Shown here: in pieces, positions 30,901-40,801 of the stretch | Layout: every line of letters begins with the position of its first letter | How positions within the stretch are numbered: the stretch's first letter is position 1 | IMG/VR virus record: IMGVR_UViG_3300037420_001874 | Span: 117,219-181,218 of that record | Strand: one strand, 5' to 3' | Source of the DNA: a virus | DNA: 64,000 bases | Translations under genes and position numbers: made by a program | Notes under the pieces: model-generated | Database searches by the model: none | Seen by the model: the letters and a program-made list of their open reading frames with translations, nothing else | Told to the model about the DNA's origin: nothing

Positions 30901-33703
30901 CTTTTTGGTTCTCGACTCGACCTCGGCCTCCGACGCGAGCGGGGTGGGCCTCGTAGGGGGTGACTTCCACGGCTTCACGCGGGTAGAGCCCTTGCTTTCG
31001 GAGGCCACTCAGGTCGTCCTCGATGCCCGTCTTCGGGTGCAGAACCACACTCATGGCGCCGATCCGAACGCCGTGATGATTGCGGTCGATGACGGCAACC
31101 GGCTGATGCAGCTCAGCTTTTTCTCGCTTCACGAGAAGCCGAAGGTGAGCTACCCGGGTCGGTCTTTGCCCGAAGAGGCGAGCCCCAAGGCTTGGACGGC
31201 CTTCGGCGGAGCCGGGGCCCGGATGATCGGCCGGACCCTTCGCATCGAGGACAACACGGCCTCCGATGGCCGGATCTACTACGTCGAGGACCTTGCTTCG
31301 CCTGGGAGCGAAACCCGAATCATCGGGTCGCTTGCCGACTATGTTCTGGAGGCCCGTGTTCGCGTGGTCTCCTACAGCCCCGATCCTTCCCCGGTGGGCT
31401 TCTGCGGCGTCACGGCGGACGTGTTCGACGGTCTGCGGTCGGTGGGCTTGCTCCTGCGAGAGGATAGCGGGACGAAGTACGTCTCGTTGCATTCGGAGGG
31501 AACCCCGCTCGCCGATTTTGCGTTCGATTGGAACGACGGGAAGTTTCACACCTACCGGCTCACCAAGTCGTCGTCTCTCGGCACGCTCGTTCTCGAAGGT
31601 GCTAACGGCACCATTCTCGGCGACTCCCTGTCTGACCCGGCGGGCTTTGCCGGCGTTCTTCCTGGGGACCATGTCGTCGTCTATTCGGGCTCTTCGGCCG
31701 GCGTCTACCCGGTGGTGTTCGTCTCCGGTACCGATCTGAATCTCGCCACCCCGGCGCTCCCGGGATCGAACTTGTATTACGAGATCCGGCGGAGCAAGAG
31801 CCTGACTGTTTCGGCCTTCGTGGACGGGGAGCTGCTTGGCACCTACGACTACGACAGCTTCGCCAATAGTCTCGGGGTTGCAACGATCTCCTTTGGCTCT
31901 GCGACGGCCGTGACGATGGGGGCGCAGTCGGAGGTTGATTGGGCCTACGTCAACGTCTGGCGCACGGTGAACCTCGACGAAGGCGAGGACCCGAAGTACA
32001 TCGGTCTCTGGAGGGGCGAAGAGGGCGACTCGCTTCTTGGCTATCACCTGCCGACCAAAGTGCAGGGCTTCGCCGAGTCGAGCACCTACAGGCAGTATCT
32101 CTACACCGGAGGCGGCGGCTCGGTCCTGGGTACGGCTTTCTCGGCCTTCTCGGCGAACTTTCCCATGGCGGGCGTTCAGAGCGGCGACATTCTCCATATC
32201 GGTTCAGGCCCCGCTGCGGGCAGCTACCCGATCTTGAGCGTGGCGACCTCTGCCCTGACGCTTGCTACCCCTGCCCCGACCGACAACGCTTTCGGCTTCG
32301 AGATTTACCGCATCCTTGCCAACAACAACGAGATCGAGTCGCAATCGATCAACTTCCTTACCGCCGGGGTCGTGGAAGGGGATTGGCTCGTGGTCGATGA
32401 CGGGCCGAACCGCGGCTCCTACAAGATCATCGTGGTCGCTGCCCACCAAGTGGCAGTCTCTCCGAGCTTCCCGGTCGGTAACGCCGCTCTCCGTTACCGT
32501 ATCCCCAAACCGATCGACTGGACGAGCTACACCCAGCTTCGTCTCGTTCGCACCCCGGGCGGTGAGGTATCCGTCTTTTTCAACGGGGAAGCGACCCCCG
32601 GCATCTCGGTGCCCTACAGCGAGGTGGCTTTGCCGTCTCGCTCGGTCGGGGTGCCGGGCCAGATCAACCGTACCCTCCCCTCGGTCACCTGGGGCGCCTT
32701 CAGCTCTTCCGAGCTTTCGCAATCGAGCTGGGACTACCTGCGGTACGGTGTTGTTCGGTCGCTTGGCGAGGCCAGGATCGTGCCCGAACGACACGCCCTG
32801 AACGAGCGCAACGTCATGTCCTCGCCCGAGCACCTTTCGGGCGTGGTGGCACACGACCACACGCAGTTCTCGGCCTCTTCCACCGGCGTTCCGTACCCGT
32901 GGGAGGAGTTCGTCGAGAACCCCGCTGTCACGGCCCATACCCGGTTGAACGAGGGCACCCCGCTCGTGCCACAGACCCAGACCTACGAGGTCCGGCGGCC
33001 GACCCCGATGCTGACCTTCACGGCGGGCCTGAACAACCCCGAGGACGTGCTCAACTCCCACACCGGATTTCTCCTGAACGACGCCACGGCCGAGGTGCAA
33101 ATCCTCGTGCCCAATGACGTTCTCTACAGCTCCCTTCAGGTCATCGAGCGCGCCGAGGGCGAAGAGGACCTGCTCACGCCCTTCCAAGATGGGGAAGGCG
33201 TCGTGGCCATCAACCAAGTCGCCTTCCGGGGCGAGGTGTGCATGGTCTACGAGGGCGACAAGCTGCCCGAGCAGGACACGAGCGTCTCGCCCCCCTGGGT
33301 GCTTGCCTCGACGACCCCGAGTGACGTAACCGCGTCGGTCTCGGCTGGCGTGCTCAGCTACGGTGTGGGTCCGGGGGGCTCCCAGACCCTCTACCGCAAC
33401 TATACGACCCTGCCGGACGCTTCGCTCGATACCGTGGTCACCTTCCGGCTGCGCATCGCCAACGATGCCTCGGGGGGCACCGGTGATACGGGCGTTCGGG
33501 TGGGCTTCTCGGCCTTCGGGCTGACGGCCGCTCTTGCGTTCGTCACCAACTCTCTCGGCGAGCGTGAGATCCAGATGCTCGACTTGAACTCCGGTGAGGT
33601 GTTTGGTGGGGTGCTCTTCGACTTCCTCGACGGCGCTTTCCACGTCTACCAGCTCACGAAGAACGTGACCCTGGGCACGATCGACCTGGTCATTGACCCC
33701 TGA
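27806..33703 (+). CDS. Giant (1965 aa) tail fibre/baseplate protein with Ig-like and lectin-like segments
   Basis: 20-aa ETL.LSE repeats; Ig-like segments (VVLTFSAPMRSDMALTDPAEYSI); lectin-like beta regions (FDWSIVHSYRFFRG..GVVRVYVDG, DWNDGKFHTYRLTK). Confidence 0.6.
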   Translation: MADQGTSQWRGKGQRGVSRVQPTGITSSGSEGSFAPLASDGPYKGLIGTSRLDRSRTIAVATIVAQVYTASAAETLTLSESVQFARAASVAETLSRVEALSAVSDKPVSPAETLSLSEAAVGDRALLPIVSETLSLSEGATDDRTLRPLVSETLSLSEGATGDRSVRPALAETLTLSEGSSSHVVATQSLPVTQPFGESLAAANGKAYQLEETLTLSEVFQAAQFAVVATSGTSFVATFPEPVRYDGVADKDHYEVVPVNGGVPISIVSIEPTVETYAVATNGTVVAVGNTLRSTRLHLSTIGFTQDSVGDYISITNSGLNRITQARIVNVVDSHTIEIDRLLLLSDPNNGSLIVTYTSAVLSVTVKTTRMTGNKNYRLTVRGLQPKAQHRYFSASSEFVSNSPKPTLTNVSFEADQVVLTFSAPMRSDMALTDPAEYSILGPTPVTIQGVLPLSSQQVALLTNGLGVGSYQVVVNASGTPKDEAGNPIDPVYNTAIFESSEPLLTRSVFTDKGPIAKPSEVVQSGSGVTFKTYTTTTFGPTTFFTSDQVELTGASLTPDHVGLYVEITGSERNDGTYRVSAVKANGGGFFTVAKLQASFSLPDTATAGTIGWKLVDPRHGQIADDPSDVVVRVNGVPVVPEAVIGLLGQVVLPSTPGPADDVMVDYAWVRNPTVDFRRLNSHEFTLNAWSHDQQSSSPSRHAYRYRTALVDPGEFVADDMQATLDEPLLRDLFYRAYERAYSALLNEPDRLLLNTPSHRIAYPPLAREVASVSVAYMADTLPEADSWTRKGSGVATVASGVLTATDNTTGPFPGGQPLYWTRDLDLSFPHVFAATWRMAIPTVTTLDGVFTGQAVGWSNNKRAVVLGYLDDGDGRKLGLLRQGYGNDSSLLAAWAGGVAGDGSATGLPADFDWSIVHSYRFFRGADGVVRVYVDGEVTEILRLSEDELPFLEELNDPFDSLQGFFFGSLSRPAESTATWDFVRYLVLPTNPIQTAPSLFVDYEANALPEQDVLSPWTPVGYHGTERLSEGDFLVLDSTSASDASGVGLVGGDFHGFTRVEPLLSEATQVVLDARLRVQNHTHGADPNAVMIAVDDGNRLMQLSFFSLHEKPKVSYPGRSLPEEASPKAWTAFGGAGARMIGRTLRIEDNTASDGRIYYVEDLASPGSETRIIGSLADYVLEARVRVVSYSPDPSPVGFCGVTADVFDGLRSVGLLLREDSGTKYVSLHSEGTPLADFAFDWNDGKFHTYRLTKSSSLGTLVLEGANGTILGDSLSDPAGFAGVLPGDHVVVYSGSSAGVYPVVFVSGTDLNLATPALPGSNLYYEIRRSKSLTVSAFVDGELLGTYDYDSFANSLGVATISFGSATAVTMGAQSEVDWAYVNVWRTVNLDEGEDPKYIGLWRGEEGDSLLGYHLPTKVQGFAESSTYRQYLYTGGGGSVLGTAFSAFSANFPMAGVQSGDILHIGSGPAAGSYPILSVATSALTLATPAPTDNAFGFEIYRILANNNEIESQSINFLTAGVVEGDWLVVDDGPNRGSYKIIVVAAHQVAVSPSFPVGNAALRYRIPKPIDWTSYTQLRLVRTPGGEVSVFFNGEATPGISVPYSEVALPSRSVGVPGQINRTLPSVTWGAFSSSELSQSSWDYLRYGVVRSLGEARIVPERHALNERNVMSSPEHLSGVVAHDHTQFSASSTGVPYPWEEFVENPAVTAHTRLNEGTPLVPQTQTYEVRRPTPMLTFTAGLNNPEDVLNSHTGFLLNDATAEVQILVPNDVLYSSLQVIERAEGEEDLLTPFQDGEGVVAINQVAFRGEVCMVYEGDKLPEQDTSVSPPWVLASTTPSDVTASVSAGVLSYGVGPGGSQTLYRNYTTLPDASLDTVVTFRLRIANDASGGTGDTGVRVGFSAFGLTAALAFVTNSLGEREIQMLDLNSGEVFGGVLFDFLDGAFHVYQLTKNVTLGTIDLVIDP
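28019..28460 (+). repeat. Coding tandem repeat, 60-bp / 20-aa period (xETL(S/T)LSE...)
   Basis: TCCGAGAC(G/T)CTCTCGCTTTCGGAAGGGGCCACGG at 28196 and 28256, with more degenerate copies on both sides. Confidence 0.9.
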
Positions 33704-33712
33704 GAGGCCCTG

Positions 33713-34990
33713 ATGTCGCGCGACATTCCCATGGGATTCAAGGTCACCTCGGCGGTGGCCCTCAGCCCGACCAAAGTTCAGCTCTACTTCTCGAAGAACC
33801 CTGGCCCCGGCGCCTCGACCTACAACCCGATCAACTACGAGGTGTCGGGGGATCTGAGCGCGGTTCCTGTTCTTCGAGTCGTTCCGGGCAACATCTCGAA
33901 CCAGCTCGTGCTGCTCACGAGCCCTCAGGCCCACGCCACCTACACGGTCTTTGTGACCGACGTGGTCTCCGAGGACAGCGAGCAGATCCAGTCCGAGCCT
34001 GCTGTTTCTTTTGTCGGCTGGCCCCAGGCGACCCCTTTCCGAGCCAAGGCCCTTTCCGCCTCGAAGGTCAATATCCTTTTCGACTCGGATCTGGCTTCGG
34101 ACGAGTACCTGACCAACCCCTCGTCCTACAGCATCCAGGCGCTTACCGGTGGGACGCTGCGGAGGCTCAACGCGACCTCGGCTGTTTCAACCGGGCCTAG
34201 GTCGGTCGAAGTGACCGTGGACGACCTGTTCTACCCGAACATCGCCTACACCGTCTTCGTCCAGAACGTCACCACGACCGACGGGCTGTCTTTCCCGCAG
34301 TCCCCGGCGCAGTTCGAGTGGGTCCCCCCGACCCGATCGCTTTCGGTTCCCTTCCGTCGCTTCTCAGGTGAAGTCCGCTCGGGCTCTTCAGACCAGAACC
34401 CCGACGGGGCCGAGCTTTTCGGGCACCCGAACGGCGTTGTCTTTTTCAGTCCTTCGCTCATCGCCGGGGGCGCCCCGAACTCCCAGATCCAGGTCGATCG
34501 AGTCTCGGCCTGCACCCAGGCGGGCGACACCTACTCCTTCCCCAAGACCAAGGACCCCCCAGCGTTCTACACGCACGGGGCCGGCGTGGTCCCAACGCCT
34601 GCCGTCGCAACCCTGAACTCGGCCTTCGTCCTTTTTGCCAACTTCTACCGGCTTGGCGAAGCCCAGCACAACCTCTCTCTCCAGCCCGAAGATGAGCATG
34701 TGCCGCTCGCCAACGAAGAGGCGATGTTCAAGCTTCGGCAGGTCTACGACCCGGCTCGCTTCGCTCTTCTGAACAGCACCGGGTGGCATCTGTTCGATGG
34801 GACGGGCAACCCCTTCGTGGTCGCCGACAACCTCTCCCCCGTAGGCTCGCCCATCGACCAACCGCTCCTCCATCACGTCTGCCCCCCGGAGCACTTGGCT
34901 CAGGAAGTCTCGCTCGCGCCCGTCGCGGCCCTTCAGGTCGAGGTGGCCGAGACGGTTAGCGTAGCTAGCAGCGTCGGCGTCGCCCCCTGA
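33713..34990 (+). CDS. Structural protein with two Ig-like (Big) domains
   Basis: Two repeats of (V/A)..A.ALS..KV.(L/I).F......(N)P..Y.(V/I); 425 aa. Confidence 0.55.
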   Translation: MSRDIPMGFKVTSAVALSPTKVQLYFSKNPGPGASTYNPINYEVSGDLSAVPVLRVVPGNISNQLVLLTSPQAHATYTVFVTDVVSEDSEQIQSEPAVSFVGWPQATPFRAKALSASKVNILFDSDLASDEYLTNPSSYSIQALTGGTLRRLNATSAVSTGPRSVEVTVDDLFYPNIAYTVFVQNVTTTDGLSFPQSPAQFEWVPPTRSLSVPFRRFSGEVRSGSSDQNPDGAELFGHPNGVVFFSPSLIAGGAPNSQIQVDRVSACTQAGDTYSFPKTKDPPAFYTHGAGVVPTPAVATLNSAFVLFANFYRLGEAQHNLSLQPEDEHVPLANEEAMFKLRQVYDPARFALLNSTGWHLFDGTGNPFVVADNLSPVGSPIDQPLLHHVCPPEHLAQEVSLAPVAALQVEVAETVSVASSVGVAP

Positions 34991-34992
34991 GG

Positions 34993-35018
34993 TTTCTCTT
35001 ATAGCTCCTCCCCGAGTG
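34993..35018 (+). promoter_or_regulatory. Putative phage promoter (TAT-N12-GTGA)
   Basis: TTTCTCTTAT-AGCTCCTCCCGA-GTGA in the gap before 35029. Confidence 0.4.
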
Positions 35019-35028
35019 AACGGAGAGG

Positions 35029-35670
35029 ATGCAAATGCAGGTCGGCGAGAAGATCCGTCAGGTCATCGGCAGGCTTCGGGGCTCGGTTGGGGCCAGGCAC
35101 GAGGAGAACGTCCGCTCGGTCATCCGGGGCGACGTGTTCATCAAGCTCCAAGAAGGAGGGCGGGTGACGGAGGAGCGGGAGTTCCGCAACCTCATCGTCA
35201 AGGACGCCTCTATCCTGGTGGCTCGCCTGATGAAGGACAGCCAGGAGCCGACCAAGGGGCTCTTCGCGCTCGCCGTGGGGACGGGGGATGGGGGTTGGAA
35301 CCCGATGGCGCCTCCTGCGCCGACCAACACCCAGAGGGCGCTCTACAGCGAGCTGACGCGCAAGACCTTCTCCCAGACGAGGTTCGTGGATGCGTCGGGT
35401 ACGCCCACGTCGATCCCGACAAACGTGGTCGACTTCGTGACGACCTTCTCCGAGAGCGAGGCCGTGGGCCCTCTCGTCGAGATGGGTCTCATCGGCGGCA
35501 CGATCTCGACCAACCTCGCCGTCCGAAACCCCGTCACCCCTCCGAACGGGAGTTACGACCCGACGGTGGACCTCACGACGCGCGAGACGATGGTGAACTA
35601 CCTCACCTTCCTCGTCATCAACAAGCCCGCGACCTCCACGATGGAGATCGTGTGGAGGCTCACGTTCTGA
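35029..35670 (+). CDS. Tail-collar/fibre attachment protein (DUF3751-like), second paralogue
   Basis: RNLIV...ALAVGTG...ALYSELTRK...TTFSESEAVGPLVEMGLIGG...INKPATSTMEIVWRLTF; GGAGAGG RBS. Confidence 0.6.
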   Translation: MQMQVGEKIRQVIGRLRGSVGARHEENVRSVIRGDVFIKLQEGGRVTEEREFRNLIVKDASILVARLMKDSQEPTKGLFALAVGTGDGGWNPMAPPAPTNTQRALYSELTRKTFSQTRFVDASGTPTSIPTNVVDFVTTFSESEAVGPLVEMGLIGGTISTNLAVRNPVTPPNGSYDPTVDLTTRETMVNYLTFLVINKPATSTMEIVWRLTF

Positions 35671-35713
35671 TGGCGGGTGCCCCCCGTAATCGTTCAATCG
35701 AGGAGCATCTTCG

Positions 35714-38323
35714 ATGACCACGAAGGACTATGGGGCGGCCGTCAGCGGCTACCTCGACCCGGACAACCGCTCGTTCGAGAACCTCGTTAGCCAGGCTGGC
35801 AAGCCCGTCCTCGATAAGGAGCTGAATCTTGCGGCAGACCTGCAAGCGCTGGCGGCGCAGGCCGTCCTCAAGCAGGCGACGCCTTCGGGGTGGGTGTCGA
35901 ACGAGTTTCTGAGCAAGGCGGCCCCTGTCCTCTCGCTCACGGCTCCTTCGTCCACGCCCAACTACCTCTCGCTGGTGGGGCTCCGGGCGCACGTCAACGG
36001 GTGGCTGCTCGATGTCGTCAACACTGGCGCGGTGGGGGTGAACACGGTGGACCTCGGCGCCGGCCCCTCGGGCAACGGCGCAAAGCGGACCGACCTGGTC
36101 ATCCTGGAGGTCTGGCGCCGGCTCCTCTCGGCCGCCCCCGATACCGACGGCAAGAGCCAGACGGGCCGGATCTGGAAGAACGGCAACGTCAAGATCCCCT
36201 CGGCGTCCGATGCGGCTCTGAACCCCGCCGACGACCTGAAGGACGGTGTCGTCAACTCCGAGACGACCAAGCGGGTGCAGATTCAGTACCGCCTGCGGGT
36301 GATCCAGGACGTGGACATCTTCACCTACCCGGCCGGCCTCGAAGACCCGGCCGTGGTGGCCAACACGGTCCCGGCTTCGGCTGGCGCACCCGACGGCACG
36401 TCCACGATCTACACCTACGCCAACCAGAGCGCCGCGGGGGACCCGGGCCTCTGGAGGGCCGGCAACGGCGTTCCGTCAAACGGCATGGGGACCGTGGACG
36501 GGTATATGTATGCGATCCCGCTTTGCGCCGTCTTTCGTCGCAACACGACCGCGTACGACAAAAACCTGAACCAGAACGGCGGCGTGGCCTCGCCGGGCCC
36601 CTCGGACCGACCTGACGGGCTCTTTCACGACATCATCGACAGCGAGGACGTGGCCGACCTTCGGCGCGGCTCGTGGGTGGGTGGCTGGCCGACGGCCGAG
36701 GTGCTCGAAAAGAACTTCTTCGCCCTGCTCGACAACGAGCTTCGTACCGAGTGGACGACGACGGCGACGGGGGGCGGGGTCTCGGGCCACACGGTCCTTC
36801 TTGCCGACGAAATCGGGGTGAGCACGGCCAACGGCGGAGACGGATCGAGCAATGGCGACACCCCCGGGGCGGCGCTTATCGGCGAGTTCGATTGCGTCCG
36901 GCGCCGTTTTTCGGACCGGCCGAACTACGAGGTCGTGACGGTCTGCTACACCCCTGGTGACCCGTCCGTCTCCGATGCGAGCTGGCAGACCGGAACGACG
37001 GTCACGATCACGCCGACCTCGATCCAAATCTTCCCCTACCAGGCGACGCCGTTCAACTTTGCGGCCTACGCTCCGAGCGGGACGAAGATCATCGACGTAC
37101 TCGGGGCCCGCTTCCGGGGGGCCAACACCGTGAGCTTCGGTAACCCCGATAACGGCACCGACTACGTCATCGCCCGGAAGATCACCGGGCTCGGGGCGAG
37201 CCCCATGACGGACGTGGTCCTCACGGTCGAAAACCCGCTCGACTACTTCCTCACGAACGAGAAGCTCTACATCGACTTGCTCGTGGCCTATCCGGCTGGC
37301 AAGGGCCTGTCCCGCACGCCTGTCGAGGACTTCGGGTCGGCAAGCTTCGTCGTCAACAACACGTCGCTTCTGCCCACTACGGCCCCGCACTCCTTCTCGG
37401 CCATGAGCACGCAGGATCTCGACTACCCGCACCGGGAGGTGGTGCTGGAGTACGAGACGAGCTTGCTCACGCACACGTTCCAGGCGGGCATCGACGACAG
37501 CACGTTGCGCCTTCCGGAGAGGTGCTCTTCAGCGTCGGTCACGGTGGCTGGTTCGCCCGCTGCCATCTCGATCGCGGCCGACGGACGGACGGCGACGATC
37601 ACCCCGGGCCCGCTCCAGTTCGACGTGGTCCAGATCGACTACACGGCGCTCCGGCCTGTCCCGCAGACGGGGGTTCAGTTCACCGTCTACTACAAGACTC
37701 GGGCTCCTCAAGCCGTCCACGCGGCCCTGCTCGGCACGAGCCAGGACTTCACCCCCCGCTACATCTCCCCCCACCTCTACGTCCTGACCGCGGGCTCAGG
37801 TTCGATCGGCGAGGGCTACCCCTTCCCGAGCGCCTACGCCCAGACCGGCGGCGTTCAGACGAAGCCGAGCAGCTCGGCGTGGGTGGGTGAGCATCAGCTC
37901 TCGGGGACCACGGGCATCTACATCGCCAACTTCAACGCCGAGACGGGCTTTCTGAAGCTCCCGGCGCATGTGCCCTACGCCCCCGATCCGGACGCTGTCA
38001 CGTTCGAGCGCCAGCTCGGTGACATCGACGCCGAAGGCCGGGCGTACTTCAACAGCGTACCTCTCGGCACCTACTTGCCGAATGCCTACGGCAGCCCCCT
38101 CGCGAGCGCTCGGGTCCACAAGGTCATCCTTCCGACGGTGATGGAGCTGAAGGCGGATTCGACGCTCGGTCCGAAGGGCTCTCTCTGGCTCGTTCTCCTC
38201 GTTCGATGGGCCGAGTTCGACGCGGATAACGGGATTCACTTCGACACGCTCGCCTCGCTCGCGAACTCGACCACTGCTGCGGTCTTCCGGCTGAACGGCC
38301 ACTTGCTGAACAGGAGCGCCTGA
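35714..38323 (+). CDS. Tail fibre/baseplate protein, DUF4815-like N-terminus, paralogue 1
   Basis: VSGYLDPDNRSF..LVSQAGKPVLDKELN; shares several blocks with 41489..45628. Confidence 0.6.
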   Translation: MTTKDYGAAVSGYLDPDNRSFENLVSQAGKPVLDKELNLAADLQALAAQAVLKQATPSGWVSNEFLSKAAPVLSLTAPSSTPNYLSLVGLRAHVNGWLLDVVNTGAVGVNTVDLGAGPSGNGAKRTDLVILEVWRRLLSAAPDTDGKSQTGRIWKNGNVKIPSASDAALNPADDLKDGVVNSETTKRVQIQYRLRVIQDVDIFTYPAGLEDPAVVANTVPASAGAPDGTSTIYTYANQSAAGDPGLWRAGNGVPSNGMGTVDGYMYAIPLCAVFRRNTTAYDKNLNQNGGVASPGPSDRPDGLFHDIIDSEDVADLRRGSWVGGWPTAEVLEKNFFALLDNELRTEWTTTATGGGVSGHTVLLADEIGVSTANGGDGSSNGDTPGAALIGEFDCVRRRFSDRPNYEVVTVCYTPGDPSVSDASWQTGTTVTITPTSIQIFPYQATPFNFAAYAPSGTKIIDVLGARFRGANTVSFGNPDNGTDYVIARKITGLGASPMTDVVLTVENPLDYFLTNEKLYIDLLVAYPAGKGLSRTPVEDFGSASFVVNNTSLLPTTAPHSFSAMSTQDLDYPHREVVLEYETSLLTHTFQAGIDDSTLRLPERCSSASVTVAGSPAAISIAADGRTATITPGPLQFDVVQIDYTALRPVPQTGVQFTVYYKTRAPQAVHAALLGTSQDFTPRYISPHLYVLTAGSGSIGEGYPFPSAYAQTGGVQTKPSSSAWVGEHQLSGTTGIYIANFNAETGFLKLPAHVPYAPDPDAVTFERQLGDIDAEGRAYFNSVPLGTYLPNAYGSPLASARVHKVILPTVMELKADSTLGPKGSLWLVLLVRWAEFDADNGIHFDTLASLANSTTAAVFRLNGHLLNRSA

Positions 38324-40800
38324 TGCCCTCGATCAAAAACCCCAACGCAGTCGTCAAGGCGGGCGCTGGAAAGCTTTCGGCCAACCAGGTCCCGGCCTCG
38401 GCTCTCTCCTTCGCCCCGGACGGGTCGGCCGATCTGGCCTTGCACATCTCCGACCCGAGCAACGCCCATGTGGCCTCGGCGATCCGACTGCCAGACACGG
38501 TAGACAACCCGACCGAAAACCTCCTCTCCAAGGCGGGTGGTCCGGTCGACGGCGAGACCCTGCTCGACTTCATCGCTCGTGCCAAGGACGCCTACCCCCA
38601 GCCCCCGAGCTACCTCGGCTATTATGACGCGAGCTTGCCGAACTCGGGCGTCCCGTACTGGGACGTGCTCGATTACGCGACCGACTTCGAGAACGGGTTC
38701 GCGCAGACGGGCGGCTACACGAGCGGCTCGAACGTCATTCCGACGAAGTGCCTGGTGCAGCCGACCGGCTTCATCATTCAGCCTTCGGGCACGCTCTACC
38801 CGGCAGACCGGGGCCTGATCACGATCTACCTCCACAACACGGGGGACTTCTTCGATGGCAACTCGGTGCTCTGGGTGGCTCTCTGGCTCGGCCCCACCTC
38901 CGAGATGCCTGCGGACCTGGTGTCGGGTTCGATCGCGTCGGCCAACTTCGATCGATCGCTTCTGAAAGACGGGCAACCTGACTACGTGTCGAGCGATACG
39001 GTGCTCGACTATATCAGCCTGTCGTATCGTCGTCCGAGGCTGCACGCCTACCCCGATTCGCCGTTCTACGAGGACTTCGGTGGGAGCGACTTCTACGGCC
39101 AGCAGGTCGCCTCGTACATCGTCAGCCCGGGTCGTCTTTTCACGACGTACGGAGGCTATCTCATCGTTCACTGGCGAGAGTCTCCCGACCTCACCATGGC
39201 GATGATCGACGGGACGAACCTGCTGACCTATCTCACCCAGGATCGCTGCTACTCGCCGGTGCCGACCCCGAGCGACTTCTTGTCTGGGGCCATCACCAAC
39301 GTCAACCGCCGAAGGATCTACCTCGACGGCTATGGCACGGTGGCCCCTTCGGTCACCTCCGCCACGATCAGCTCGGGCGCGGGCACTACGTTCTATCTCT
39401 CGGGCGTCAGCCACGTCACGTCCGCGTCTTCGTTCACGCTCTCGTTTACGATCTCCGAACTCTTCGGGGACGCGATCGGGCACGGTAAGGGCTACCTGAC
39501 CGGGACGCTGACGAACACCAACGTCCCTGCGGGGTTCCAGTCGCTCCTGCCTCCGGTGCAGATCGACTACACGGCTTTCAATGGCGCGGTCACCAACGTC
39601 CCGTATTACCAGCTCAAGCGCCAGAGCGATGGTACGCTGTTTTCGCTCACCAACGCTCCGCAGTCGACCGACGTGGCGACCTACACGGCCGCCGGCTCTA
39701 CGGTGGGTTCCGCCGTCTACACGCCCCCTTACACGGGTTCGGCGCCGATCACGATCCGTGTGAACAGCCCCTTTGCTGCGCAGGTCGTGGGGACTACCAC
39801 CTCTCAGCTCTCGTACAACAACTACCCCCAGTCCGGATCGCTTACCAAGTCCACGGCCACGTCCGAACCCTTCCTGGATGAGAAGTACCGGTACAACTCG
39901 CTCGTTACGCTCACCAGCAACAACAAACGGATTGTTCCGGTGGGCGGGGACATCTACTTGTCGAGTACAGCGATTGTAGCTGACACGTCGGGTTCGTTGT
40001 TTGGTTCGACCGAACCGAAGCGTGCCCTTCAGGTCGTCGGCGGGCAGGTGGTCTACCCGCACATCGACTACAGCTCGGGCTACCTGCCCGGGGGGCCGAA
40101 CTACGCCACCGTTTTCAGCAGCGATGTGGCTGCGGCTGGGCCCAACGCCATCGGCCGCGCGTACGTCCGAGCCTTCGACACGGGCCAGCCGCGCACCTCG
40201 GGCCGCTTCCGCATCCGAGGCGTCTCGATGGCCAACATCGCCTACGGAAGCGGTACGGGCGTCTACACCGCCGACCAGCCGGGCAAGATGCGAGTCCAGA
40301 TCCGGGTGCCGGGTACGACGGGTTGGCTGAACCTCGGCCGAAACGCTGTTGCCACGGGCGGGTGCCTCACGGGCACCCAGACCTTCTACTACACCTCGGG
40401 CTACGCGACCATTGCCGGTGGTGGCACGACGTTCGCGGATTCGGCGCAAGACTTCTTTGCAAAGGAGAAGCACGACAGCGACGTGCTTTTCATCCCGGTG
40501 GGCCCGAACCGGGGGCTCTACTCGCTCTCCCTGAACACGACCAACTTCGGTCAGCTCACGTCCATCATCGGCACGCTCTCGGATGCCACGAACGTGTACT
40601 ACGAGGTCTACCGAAGCGTTGACGAGATCGCCACGATCTTCAGCTACACGACCGACGTGACCAACAGCGGCCCGACGGGTAACAACGGCTCGGGCGAGTA
40701 TCCGATCTTCATGGAGATCGATATCTTCAAGTTCCTCGGCGACACCTCGACTTCGGCGCTCGGTGTGCTCGGGGTCGAGTGGCTCCCCTTATGGAGATGA
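38323..40800 (+). CDS. Tail fibre-like structural protein; likely ends at TTA 40789-40791
   Basis: TGATG coupling with the previous gene; HISDPSNAHVASAI (a fibre-type H..D...AH.ASAI motif); beta-rich. Confidence 0.55.
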   Translation: MPSIKNPNAVVKAGAGKLSANQVPASALSFAPDGSADLALHISDPSNAHVASAIRLPDTVDNPTENLLSKAGGPVDGETLLDFIARAKDAYPQPPSYLGYYDASLPNSGVPYWDVLDYATDFENGFAQTGGYTSGSNVIPTKCLVQPTGFIIQPSGTLYPADRGLITIYLHNTGDFFDGNSVLWVALWLGPTSEMPADLVSGSIASANFDRSLLKDGQPDYVSSDTVLDYISLSYRRPRLHAYPDSPFYEDFGGSDFYGQQVASYIVSPGRLFTTYGGYLIVHWRESPDLTMAMIDGTNLLTYLTQDRCYSPVPTPSDFLSGAITNVNRRRIYLDGYGTVAPSVTSATISSGAGTTFYLSGVSHVTSASSFTLSFTISELFGDAIGHGKGYLTGTLTNTNVPAGFQSLLPPVQIDYTAFNGAVTNVPYYQLKRQSDGTLFSLTNAPQSTDVATYTAAGSTVGSAVYTPPYTGSAPITIRVNSPFAAQVVGTTTSQLSYNNYPQSGSLTKSTATSEPFLDEKYRYNSLVTLTSNNKRIVPVGGDIYLSSTAIVADTSGSLFGSTEPKRALQVVGGQVVYPHIDYSSGYLPGGPNYATVFSSDVAAAGPNAIGRAYVRAFDTGQPRTSGRFRIRGVSMANIAYGSGTGVYTADQPGKMRVQIRVPGTTGWLNLGRNAVATGGCLTGTQTFYYTSGYATIAGGGTTFADSAQDFFAKEKHDSDVLFIPVGPNRGLYSLSLNTTNFGQLTSIIGTLSDATNVYYEVYRSVDEIATIFSYTTDVTNSGPTGNNGSGEYPIFMEIDIFKFLGDTSTSALGVLGVEWLPLWR

Positions 40801-40801
40801 C

